This document shows positions 8,098 through 15,936 of a stretch of 20,000 bases of DNA, piece after piece. The notes beneath the pieces are model-generated. The model was not told where the DNA came from. It saw only the letters and a program-made list of their open reading frames with translations, and did not search any database. Position numbers and translations under genes: made by a program. This DNA is from an uncultured virus (IMG/VR IMGVR_UViG_3300027754_002682). Taxonomy: Duplodnaviria > Heunggongvirae > Uroviricota > Caudoviricetes. Location: the IMG/VR virus record IMGVR_UViG_3300027754_002682, one strand, 5' to 3'. The stretch's first letter is position 1, and each line of letters opens with the position of its first letter.

Positions 8098-8594
8098 AAT
8101 AATCCTTTTTTTAATTCTAAATTATCTATATGCAAAAATGATATTATGCTCCACCTTTCTCCATCGGTAATTTCTTTAACTGCATGTTCTCTTAAACTTG
8201 GAAAAGTATATATTTCACCTTGTTTTTTTGGTAATATTTCATATGGTTCATATAATACAAATTCCCCACCCGTATAATCATCATTTAAACAAACACCTAT
8301 ATTATGTATTTGTGTTGGATATAAATCGTCCTTGTGTTTAGTAAATTTATTACCCTGTTTATAATTATGTAAATATATAATGTCTAATTCTTTTTTTATT
8401 TTAATTCCTGTTGTGTTTGTAAAATAATTAAATAACTTATCAAAAATCCACTGTGTTTTTGGAGTTCTATGTATATTCCAAACATTATATTTTATATCAT
8501 TTTCATTTTTAAAATATAAATTTGAATCTTTTTTTTCAATATCTTTTGATAAAAGTATAATCCCATTACATTCTTCTTTGGTAAAACAAATCAT
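8094..8594 (-). CDS. 2OG-Fe(II) oxygenase (prolyl-4-hydroxylase-like)
   Basis: HKD...LNDDYTGGEF...HAV..ITDGERWS. Start is probably MICFTKEEC at 8594, giving an ATGA overlap with the SET gene stop. Confidence 0.88.
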   Translation of the reverse strand: MICFTKEECNGIILLSKDIEKKDSNLYFKNENDIKYNVWNIHRTPKTQWIFDKLFNYFTNTTGIKIKKELDIIYLHNYKQGNKFTKHKDDLYPTQIHNIGVCLNDDYTGGEFVLYEPYEILPKKQGEIYTFPSLREHAVKEITDGERWSIISFLHIDNLELKKGLL

Positions 8595-8977
8595 AATAAT
8601 TTTTTTGCTCTTGCTTTCCAATATTTTTCACCATAATTGTGGCACATCTCATCGCCGATTTTAATATCAATTAATGAATAAAAATTAATAATCTTTTTTT
8701 CATAATCAACAATATTCCACATAATATTTGGTGTATAACTATGATTATATATACTACCAAATCCAAACGGTAGATAATGTTTATTATTTTTAACATCAGT
8801 AAATACATAATCATATGATGGGTGTGTTATTATTGCAAAATCCATAATTAAACAATAACACATTTCTATTAATGTATTTTTTTTAATATTTTTTAGTGCA
8901 AATACACCAAATCCAATTTTATCATTTATATATCTAACCTCTATTTTATTAGATGGTTTTATTTTAATCAATTCCAT
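8591..8977 (-). CDS. SET-domain protein-lysine methyltransferase
   Basis: GFGVFA, YNHSYTPN (NHSxxPN), DIKIGDEMCHNYG..YW (ELxxDY). Confidence 0.92.
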   Translation of the reverse strand: MELIKIKPSNKIEVRYINDKIGFGVFALKNIKKNTLIEMCYCLIMDFAIITHPSYDYVFTDVKNNKHYLPFGFGSIYNHSYTPNIMWNIVDYEKKIINFYSLIDIKIGDEMCHNYGEKYWKARAKKLL

Positions 8978-9628
8978 TTAGATTATAGTTTTTACAATTT
9001 CATTTTTTCTGTGTCGTATGATTGGTATTACACATTGATTCCAATCGGGGTTAAAATAAAATCCCTTACCACTTTCATATTGTTCTTTTTTTGATGGGAT
9101 ATTATTTAATGTTAATATTTTTTTATCAAATTCAAATTCTTTGTATAAAATATCGGTAGTTCCACCATTTACGATTTGAAAAGATATTCCTTCCCAATAA
9201 GAAAATACTCCGTTTTCTTTTAATATATTTTTTAAATGTGGTAAAAATATTTCATAAAAGCCATCATCTTCCCAGGTATCAAAATATATTCCATCAAATT
9301 TTGGTAAATCATTTATAACATCTTGCCATTTACCAAATATTATTTTTACATTTGGTTTCTTATCCCAACCATCTTCTATCATTTTTGAATAGACATCTGG
9401 ATGTGCTTCTATTATTGTATGTGAATTTATTGGATATGTTTCTATAAAAGAATCGATTATTCCCATACCAAATCCTATATTCAGTATATCACCACCAGAT
9501 TCGCAAATTATTTTAGCAGATTCATACATCCATTCGGTCTCCCAATCCATCATAACAGCATGTCCCTTTTCATCTATTAATCTACCATCGATTGTATATT
9601 TTAATTTGTGTTCTAAATAATTTTTCAT
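8978..9628 (-). CDS. Class I SAM methyltransferase, RMT2/GAMT-like
   Basis: VMMDWETEWM, ILNIGFGMGIID, HTIIEAHPDV, GKWQDV, FDGIYFDT, GVFSY; these closely match protein arginine N-methyltransferase 2 and guanidinoacetate methyltransferase motifs. Confidence 0.88.
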   Translation of the reverse strand: MKNYLEHKLKYTIDGRLIDEKGHAVMMDWETEWMYESAKIICESGGDILNIGFGMGIIDSFIETYPINSHTIIEAHPDVYSKMIEDGWDKKPNVKIIFGKWQDVINDLPKFDGIYFDTWEDDGFYEIFLPHLKNILKENGVFSYWEGISFQIVNGGTTDILYKEFEFDKKILTLNNIPSKKEQYESGKGFYFNPDWNQCVIPIIRHRKNEIVKTII

Positions 9629-9631
9629 TTT

Positions 9632-10153
9632 TTAAAATAACTTTCTTTTTTTAGTAAGAAAAAATTGTAAAGTAATTCTATCTTCTGCGTTTATATTAGT
9701 TGTTGTTACACAATGTTTGGTTCCTGCTTCTAAAAGTATTCCTAAGTTTTTTTGTGGTATAATACCTGTTATTTCATTATCTTTTTTGTAAAGAAATATA
9801 CCACCCCAGTTTTCTTTCCAATCTTCATTTAAATAAATTGTTAATGCATGTTCACAATGGTCATCTAAATGCCATGGAATATATGCTAATTTTGGAAAAA
9901 TATGAACAACCATATCAGTTATAGAATATTGGGTTTTTTTTAAAACAACTTCTTTTATTTTATCAAATAAAGCTGCATCATTGTTTTCAAACTGATATCT
10001 TATAATTGGACTAGAGTGTGCTTTAAGGCCTTCTTCCCATCCTCTATTGGTTGTTAATTTAGATTGTTTAGAATTCATTATTGTTTTTATAAAATAAATT
10101 ATTTCTTTAAATAAATCTTCATCAAAAAAATTATCAAATTTTTGTATACACAT
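9632..10153 (-). CDS. 2OG-Fe(II) oxygenase
   Basis: IPWHLD...TIYLNEDWKENWGG...HCV...RITLQ. Confidence 0.88.
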   Translation of the reverse strand: MCIQKFDNFFDEDLFKEIIYFIKTIMNSKQSKLTTNRGWEEGLKAHSSPIIRYQFENNDAALFDKIKEVVLKKTQYSITDMVVHIFPKLAYIPWHLDDHCEHALTIYLNEDWKENWGGIFLYKKDNEITGIIPQKNLGILLEAGTKHCVTTTNINAEDRITLQFFLTKKRKLF

Positions 10154-10154
10154 A

Positions 10155-10955
10155 TTAAATTATTTTATTATTTTGTATAGGTAAATAGTTTGGGTGGTTT
10201 TTTAAAATATATTCGTATAATAGGTGTGCGTATTTTTTGTTTGTATGCGGGCCCGAATGTATATTATCAACACCATAATCCAAAACATACGGGCCTTCAC
10301 CATCAAATCTATTATTTTCAACATAAGTGGGTGTTGAATTTGTTCCGTTCCACACCCAATTACATTTTTTAGTTTCTAAAAAGTATTTTATTAATAAATG
10401 ATTTTTATACCAATTATTTATAAAATCATCATATATATTTAAATTTTCTACAAAATTTTTGTGAATTTGTTTACCAGTATCGGTTTCCATAAAATCCCAA
10501 GTTGATGTTGGCATAAATGGTTCAACACTTGCCGTTTCTGTATAATATTCTTTTCTATGAAAAATTGTATAAAATATTAAAACTAAATCAGGTTTAATTA
10601 AATCATAGTATGTATGTAAACATCTTACTATATAATCATTACTTCTACCTGCACATCCAAAATTTAAATCAACTCCATTTGGTACTAATTTTGCAAATTG
10701 TGCCGGCCAAGTTTCATTATCATTAACGCCAACTCCTTCGGTATATGAACATCCAATCGACATTATTTTGAATCCTTTTTTAGTTGGTTCGTCACCTCTA
10801 AAACCTAATGAATTATAAGTGTAGGTACACAAACCACTGGTATCGTTTGCCGATTTATCTGTTTTTAAATTTCTTCTTCTTTCTAAACTATCTCTATAAT
10901 AACTTGATATTTCAAATGTATTTACATTCCAAAAATTTAATGGATTATTACTCAT
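10155..10955 (-). CDS. SGNH/GDSL-like hydrolase or acyltransferase
   Basis: YNSLGFRG, SIGCSYTEGVG (block I), NFGCAGRSN (block II), DNIHSG (DxxH). Confidence 0.75.
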   Translation of the reverse strand: MSNNPLNFWNVNTFEISSYYRDSLERRRNLKTDKSANDTSGLCTYTYNSLGFRGDEPTKKGFKIMSIGCSYTEGVGVNDNETWPAQFAKLVPNGVDLNFGCAGRSNDYIVRCLHTYYDLIKPDLVLIFYTIFHRKEYYTETASVEPFMPTSTWDFMETDTGKQIHKNFVENLNIYDDFINNWYKNHLLIKYFLETKKCNWVWNGTNSTPTYVENNRFDGEGPYVLDYGVDNIHSGPHTNKKYAHLLYEYILKNHPNYLPIQNNKII

Positions 10956-11464
10956 AACAAACTTTTTGTATCTTTTTTTGTGATATTTCTAAATCGTAAA
11001 AGACATAATAAACTATATCTTATTCCATTTATTATAGGTTTAACTTCGTGATAAACATCGGAATCATAATTATAAAGTTCACCCACAGGTTTATTGTAAA
11101 CTAAATCATTTAAATAAAAATCACCACCTATATAATCATCATTAAGTCTTGTATTAATATTAGCAATGGCACCATGTGTAAAAGTAGTGTGGAATTTCGT
11201 TTTATCCATATGTCTACCAAAAAAATCACCATTTATATATTTTAAAATATACACTTCAAAATTATCAATTTTATATTTTGATAAATTTTCATTAATATAT
11301 TCTTTAAATACTTTTTGGGGTGTACTAAATTCTGATATTTCTTTGATAAAATATCTATTATTTTTACGCTCTATTCTATCCCATTCGTTTAATGTAATAT
11401 TTTCTGCATAATCGATAATTTCATTACATTCAAACTTTAAAAATTGTATTTTATCAATAGACAT
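10952..11464 (-). CDS. 2OG-Fe(II) oxygenase
   Basis: FGRHMD...LNDDYIGGDF...HEVKPIINGIRYSL. Confidence 0.88.
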   Translation of the reverse strand: MSIDKIQFLKFECNEIIDYAENITLNEWDRIERKNNRYFIKEISEFSTPQKVFKEYINENLSKYKIDNFEVYILKYINGDFFGRHMDKTKFHTTFTHGAIANINTRLNDDYIGGDFYLNDLVYNKPVGELYNYDSDVYHEVKPIINGIRYSLLCLLRFRNITKKDTKSLL

Positions 11465-11465
11465 A

Positions 11466-12038
11466 TTAAATAAGAATTTTATTTTCTTCTATAATCTCCC
11501 AATTATGTATTGGCATGACAATAGACCATCTATTTCCATTTGTTATTTTTTTTATTTCATGTGGAACTCTGCAATGATAAAATAAAGCAGTACCAGTTTC
11601 TTTTGGTAATACTATTGAATCACCATTTTTATCGTAACAAACATACTCTCCACCTTCATATTCTTCGTTTAATTGAATTCCTAAATTATACCTTCTTTCT
11701 TCAAATCCTTTTGATAAATCTATATGTTTGGAAAATTTATCGCCTACGATATATTTGTGTAATGTACAATTCGGATGTTTTATTTCTTTATTAAATTTAA
11801 CACCAGTTTTTTCAGAAAACCAATTAATTAGTTTATTAAACATCCACTCTGTATTTTCGTTATTATCAATACTATATACATTATATGATGCTGCTTTTGG
11901 AAAAACTATTCTATTTTTTTCATATTTTCCATTCAAATGATTAGAAAAATCAAAATTTATATCTTCATTTGTATTTTTTGAGAAATTTATAATTTTTTCA
12001 CACTCTTCTTTTGTAAATATTTTCTCGTATTGAATCAT
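11466..12038 (-). CDS. 2OG-Fe(II) oxygenase
   Basis: FSKHID...QLNEEYEGGEY...HEIKKITNGNRWSI. Confidence 0.88.
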   Translation of the reverse strand: MIQYEKIFTKEECEKIINFSKNTNEDINFDFSNHLNGKYEKNRIVFPKAASYNVYSIDNNENTEWMFNKLINWFSEKTGVKFNKEIKHPNCTLHKYIVGDKFSKHIDLSKGFEERRYNLGIQLNEEYEGGEYVCYDKNGDSIVLPKETGTALFYHCRVPHEIKKITNGNRWSIVMPIHNWEIIEENKILI

Positions 12039-12046
12039 ATAGTAAC

Positions 12047-12649
12047 TTATATTAATTTATTAGGTTTAATTCCATATCTACCATTAAAATCATTCATACT
12101 TTCATTTGAACGATTTAGATGAAAATATATTGGTGTTGGTATAAAATATTCTGTCTTTAAAAAATTTTTAATGCTAATTCCAAATTCTTTGTCTTCTTGA
12201 TTTCGTATATGTTTAAATTTAACTTTATCTATTATTTCTTTTTTAATTGGACATTTCTGGTCAGGAGCAATGTAGAATGTATTTTTTTTAAATTCCCACA
12301 TATGTTTTATTGAATAATAAAAAAATTCATTTGTCCATGTTTCTTTATCAATTGGTGATTTATGCGTTATACAATCAACATTTAAATCAATAGCTTTCAT
12401 GATTAATTGGATTGCATCTTTACTAATCCAATCATCATCATCCCATTGAACAACATATTTACCCGTTGCCATTTCATTTAATTTGTTTCGTTTTTCACCT
12501 ATCGTCATATCTTTATTATCACATAAGGAAATAATTTCAATCTGATTTCCGTAAGGATTTGATTGGCGTACAATTTCTTCGTAGAATTCTTCGAAACATT
12601 TTTTTCTCCTTTCAACGGTTGGTATTGTGATTGATAGTAATGGTTTCAT
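12047..12649 (-). CDS. Glycosyltransferase family 2 (GT-A fold)
   Basis: LSITIPT, IGEKRNKL..MATGKYVVQWDDDD (DxD), QED. Confidence 0.88.
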   Translation of the reverse strand: MKPLLSITIPTVERRKKCFEEFYEEIVRQSNPYGNQIEIISLCDNKDMTIGEKRNKLNEMATGKYVVQWDDDDWISKDAIQLIMKAIDLNVDCITHKSPIDKETWTNEFFYYSIKHMWEFKKNTFYIAPDQKCPIKKEIIDKVKFKHIRNQEDKEFGISIKNFLKTEYFIPTPIYFHLNRSNESMNDFNGRYGIKPNKLI

Positions 12650-12657
12650 TTGTATTC

Positions 12658-13218
12658 TTATAAAAAAGATTTTATTTTTTCATGCGTTGGCCAACAATTT
12701 AACGAATATCTCATTCCACTTTTTATAACATCAATTCTATGTTGTGTTGTTGATTCAAAAATTATTAAAGTGCCTGTTTTTTTACTAAATTCTTTTTGTT
12801 CGGAACCATTCATATAATAAAAACTTCCTCCTTCATACTCTTCATTTAATTGGATTGCAATTGTTAATGTTGCATTATTAAATTTAATTTCTGCCCCATC
12901 TTTATGCCAATCTAAAAAATCATCAATCATATATTTGTTAAAAGTATATGCGCGTATTTTTTTATATGCAATTCCTTTTAATATATTTAGTTCATTTAAT
13001 TTATTTATAATTTTATCATTTAAAGATTCGAATTCTGATGCATTTATAAATTTTGCTTTTCTTTTATTAAATATGTAATCCGAAAAACTTTCTGAATTTT
13101 TACTAAAGTCCATTGTAGAAGCATCTTCTAATTCATATTTTTTTGATATGGTATTTATAATTTCATCACATTCTTCTTTTGATAAGAAATCAAATATTTC
13201 AATTGCAGCTTCTTTCAT
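12658..13218 (-). CDS. 2OG-Fe(II) oxygenase
   Basis: FLSKEECD, LDWHKD...QLNEEYEGGSF...HRI..IKSGMRYSL. Confidence 0.88.
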   Translation of the reverse strand: MKEAAIEIFDFLSKEECDEIINTISKKYELEDASTMDFSKNSESFSDYIFNKRKAKFINASEFESLNDKIINKLNELNILKGIAYKKIRAYTFNKYMIDDFLDWHKDGAEIKFNNATLTIAIQLNEEYEGGSFYYMNGSEQKEFSKKTGTLIIFESTTQHRIDVIKSGMRYSLNCWPTHEKIKSFL

Positions 13219-13742
13219 TATAATAATGTTTTTTTATTTTTGGTTTCTGTTTCTAAAAAACAAATTAATGTATATCTATCACCTTCAATAACATTTTTTA
13301 CTCTATGTAATAATAGAGGATTCTGCATAATTGATACTCCTTTTTTTGGTTTTATTTCTACAAACACATCATTATCATCTACATATTCATATTCTCCACC
13401 TAAAAAATTATCATTTAAAAATGTAATCATAGTAAATTGTGATTCATCTGTATGAAAATCGGCATTTATATTATATTGATTGGTAATTTTATTAATCCAA
13501 ATTGCTTCAATTTTTACATTTAAATTAAAATTTTTTTTTATATAATTTAATAATTTATTTTGGTAATTTAATAAATCTACATTTTTATCTAACATCATTC
13601 TATGATAAAAATTTTGATATGTATTTTCCTTTATTGTTATACTATCTACTGGTACACTATTTGAAACAAAATTATTCATTGAATTTTTTAAAAAATCAAA
13701 TTCAATATCATTTAATAATACATTATCTATAAACCTAACCAT
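13218..13742 (-). CDS. 2OG-Fe(II) oxygenase
   Basis: DFHTD...FLNDNFLGGEY...HRV..VIEGDRYTL. Likely start is MVRFIDN at 13742, 1 nt after the upstream stop. Confidence 0.88.
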   Translation of the reverse strand: MVRFIDNVLLNDIEFDFLKNSMNNFVSNSVPVDSITIKENTYQNFYHRMMLDKNVDLLNYQNKLLNYIKKNFNLNVKIEAIWINKITNQYNINADFHTDESQFTMITFLNDNFLGGEYEYVDDNDVFVEIKPKKGVSIMQNPLLLHRVKNVIEGDRYTLICFLETETKNKKTLL

Positions 13743-13743
13743 A

Positions 13744-14016
13744 TTACAATAACTTTTTATTAAATATTTTTGGGTGTTGTACATCCACTTCGTTCCATTT
13801 CTCTAATGGACAATCATTGAATGTTCCAGTAAATATTTTTTTTGATAATGGACAACCACATTTTCCACAGATGGTAGGAAATCCCTTAATATATTCTGTT
13901 CTTTCAGGACACACATTACATATTTTTAATCTTTTTTCAGCAAGTGTTTTTTGTTCTTCTCCACCAAACCAAGAATCAAACCAGGCCTTTGATATTTTTT
14001 TTAAATCTAATTCCAT
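13744..14016 (-). CDS. Small Cys-rich putative metal-binding protein (DUF6171-like pattern)
   Basis: RLKICNVCP...CGKCGCPL..K......CPLEKW; first gene after promoter copy 4. Confidence 0.7.
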   Translation of the reverse strand: MELDLKKISKAWFDSWFGGEEQKTLAEKRLKICNVCPERTEYIKGFPTICGKCGCPLSKKIFTGTFNDCPLEKWNEVDVQHPKIFNKKLL

Positions 14017-14033
14017 AATAACATTATAATGTT

Positions 14034-14065
14034 TAATATACGATTTTTTATTTGAATTGCCAAAT
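14034..14065 (-). promoter_or_regulatory. Repeated promoter motif (copy 4), heading the enzyme operon
   Basis: ATTTGG-CAATTCAAATAAAAAAT-CGTATATTA, 17 nt upstream of the ATG at 14016. Confidence 0.75.
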
Positions 14066-14075
14066 TATTTATAAT

Positions 14076-14119
14076 AAAAAAAGGTTCTAAGGTTTATTTC
14101 TAAAACCATTGAACCTTTT
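14076..14119 (-). terminator. Intrinsic terminator after the ATP-grasp-Hint/small-ORF unit
   Basis: Minus strand AAAAGGTTCAATGGTTT-TAGAAAT-AAACCTTAGAACCTTTT followed by TTT; bulged stem plus U tract. Confidence 0.7.
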
Positions 14120-14140
14120 CTATAATAATTAAAAAAAATT

Positions 14141-14254
14141 TTAATTATTTTGTATATCAGTTTTTATAGCTGAAACAATTTCTACGATTTTTGTTGAAAT
14201 CGCTGCTTTTTCTTCTATTGATAATTCGATTATTTCATGTTTAATTATTGCCAT
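14141..14254 (-). CDS. Small peptide ORF (37 aa)
   Basis: Below the track cutoff: MAIIKHEIIELSIEEKAAISTKIVEIVSAIKTDIQNN*. It has an A-rich leader and lies between the Hint gene stop and the terminator. Confidence 0.6.
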   Translation of the reverse strand: MAIIKHEIIELSIEEKAAISTKIVEIVSAIKTDIQNN

Positions 14255-14278
14255 ATTATTTATTTTTATTGTTTTTTA

Positions 14279-15745
14279 TTATTTTTGTGTACAGGATGCA
14301 GGATTACAATTACCACATTGTGCGTAACTTTGACATGAAGGCCATTTACCTCTTGAGCTACATATAGCGTTACACACATTATGTTGAATTACTGCTAAAT
14401 TATTTGCTACTAATGGTAAGAATACATCTTTTGCTTCAACATTAATTTCACCAAGTCTTATGTTTTCTTTAAAAATTATATTTAAATTTGAAACTGTTTT
14501 ATGTACTAATGTGTAATTTATAGTTTCTATACATTCTACAACATCACCTACAACAAAATCATTTACCGTTTTAAATCTAATATTATCACCTTCTTTTACC
14601 AATATGTGTGATGTTTCATTATCATCCCATTGAGTACCATCCTCAAATGTTATTCTTATAAACAAATCACTAAGTTCTTGTGATTCTATTTTATCTATAA
14701 CTTGTGAAGATGTTACATAAAAATTTTCTGAGAAATTTTGGAAAGAACCAGTCCATGTATTCATATTCGCTATAACTTCATCATCATCTAAATCAGGAAT
14801 TGCAATTGATTTAACCTGGTCTCCAACAACAATATCATCAAATATTTTTATACTTCCATCGGCCATAGTGATATCTTCATCGACATCAACAATATAGTTT
14901 ACTCTATCTTCAACATTATATGTGTATGTTATGTATTTTGGTCTATCTTTTTTATCCATTAATCCATTTGAATCAAATGTTGATTCCCATATATCGACTG
15001 GTATCATGTTTCCAACTTTATAACCACCCAATGAAATGATATCTAAGTTTCCACCATAAAGTAAATCAATACCTCTAACAATTGAATGTGTATTATTAGT
15101 AAGTTCTGATGGTATATATTCTTGTATAAACTCTTCAGTTCCGTTTATAGAAGCTTTTAAATCATTTAATTCTTGTACTGATTTTATTTGATATAGTTTA
15201 GGAAAAACATATTTGTCGTAATTAGGATATCTTTTTTTAACAATAAAATTAGGTATACCCTCTGTGTATGTAATTTCCGTTAAACCCACAAAATCATCAA
15301 CTACATCTACTATATATGATTTTGGTTTACATTCTAAAGAATCTAAGGCTTTTATAAAATTATATTTATCGGCTGCATAATCAGAATCAATAATTGCGGT
15401 AGTATCATATGAAATTCTAATTGTAAATGAACCTTCTACATCCTCAATGTATGGAACCGTAATACTACCTTGAGTAGTTTCATATGCGTTGAATGTGATT
15501 CCACCTATTTGATTTTCACAAATATCTTTTATAATATCTTTAATACCATTATCATATGCCGGATAAATTACATTTACCGATGTAAAATTATTTGATTCGA
15601 TAAATAATTTTATATTATTCCACTCTAAAATGCTTACATCCAAATCTTCCAATACACCTAAACTGGCATTAGTGTTAGTTTCTAAAACCTTATATTCACC
15701 GGTTGAAGTTTTAATGTAATCCGTAGCTATTAATACTGCTTTCAT
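14279..15745 (-). CDS. Circularly permuted ATP-grasp-like domain + Hint (intein-like) domain + Cys-rich C-terminal peptide
   Basis: N-terminal ATDYIKTSTGEYKVLETNTN (D..G...LExN), then PNFIVKKR and FIQEYI..VR. Hint domain at about aa 285-456: ITMADGSIKIFDDIVVGDQV, IRITFEDG, VNDFVVGDVV, EINVE..DVF...IQHN. The tail is VCNAICSSRGKWPSCQSYAQCGNCNPASCTQK. Confidence 0.8.
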   Translation of the reverse strand: MKAVLIATDYIKTSTGEYKVLETNTNASLGVLEDLDVSILEWNNIKLFIESNNFTSVNVIYPAYDNGIKDIIKDICENQIGGITFNAYETTQGSITVPYIEDVEGSFTIRISYDTTAIIDSDYAADKYNFIKALDSLECKPKSYIVDVVDDFVGLTEITYTEGIPNFIVKKRYPNYDKYVFPKLYQIKSVQELNDLKASINGTEEFIQEYIPSELTNNTHSIVRGIDLLYGGNLDIISLGGYKVGNMIPVDIWESTFDSNGLMDKKDRPKYITYTYNVEDRVNYIVDVDEDITMADGSIKIFDDIVVGDQVKSIAIPDLDDDEVIANMNTWTGSFQNFSENFYVTSSQVIDKIESQELSDLFIRITFEDGTQWDDNETSHILVKEGDNIRFKTVNDFVVGDVVECIETINYTLVHKTVSNLNIIFKENIRLGEINVEAKDVFLPLVANNLAVIQHNVCNAICSSRGKWPSCQSYAQCGNCNPASCTQK

Positions 15746-15862
15746 GTTTCTTTTTGTTTATTTCTTATAAGTATATATTAATTTCAATTTTGAATTATAT
15801 ATATTATTTTTTTTATTGTGATTGTGAATATACAAATATATATCGACATTACAAAAAATATC

Positions 15863-15880
15863 GGCGGGGGTTGGGGGGGG
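15863..15880 (+). repeat. G-rich tract GGCGGGGGTTGGGGGGGG
   Basis: Directly visible in an otherwise extremely AT-rich intergenic region. Confidence 0.8.
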
Positions 15881-15936
15881 TAAAGTCGTTTTTTAAGAAA
15901 ATTTTTGGAATAGGAATATCTTACCTCTATTGATAG

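Noticed and set aside
8591..9628. Eukaryotic or giant-virus origin suggested by SET and RMT2
   Set aside because: Operonic overlaps, intrinsic terminators, peptide deformylase and a sigma-like gene indicate a bacterial virus. For the same reason the tails are not read as peroxisomal PTS1 signals.
3276..14065. CRISPR array or terminal repeats from the recurring TAATATACG motif
   Set aside because: Copies are kilobases apart, have variable spacers and sit at gene boundaries, consistent with promoters.
14378..14893. Canonical splicing intein or homing element
   Set aside because: No Cys/Ser at position 1, no TxxH, Val at +1, no endonuclease domain, and it does not interrupt a conserved enzyme core.
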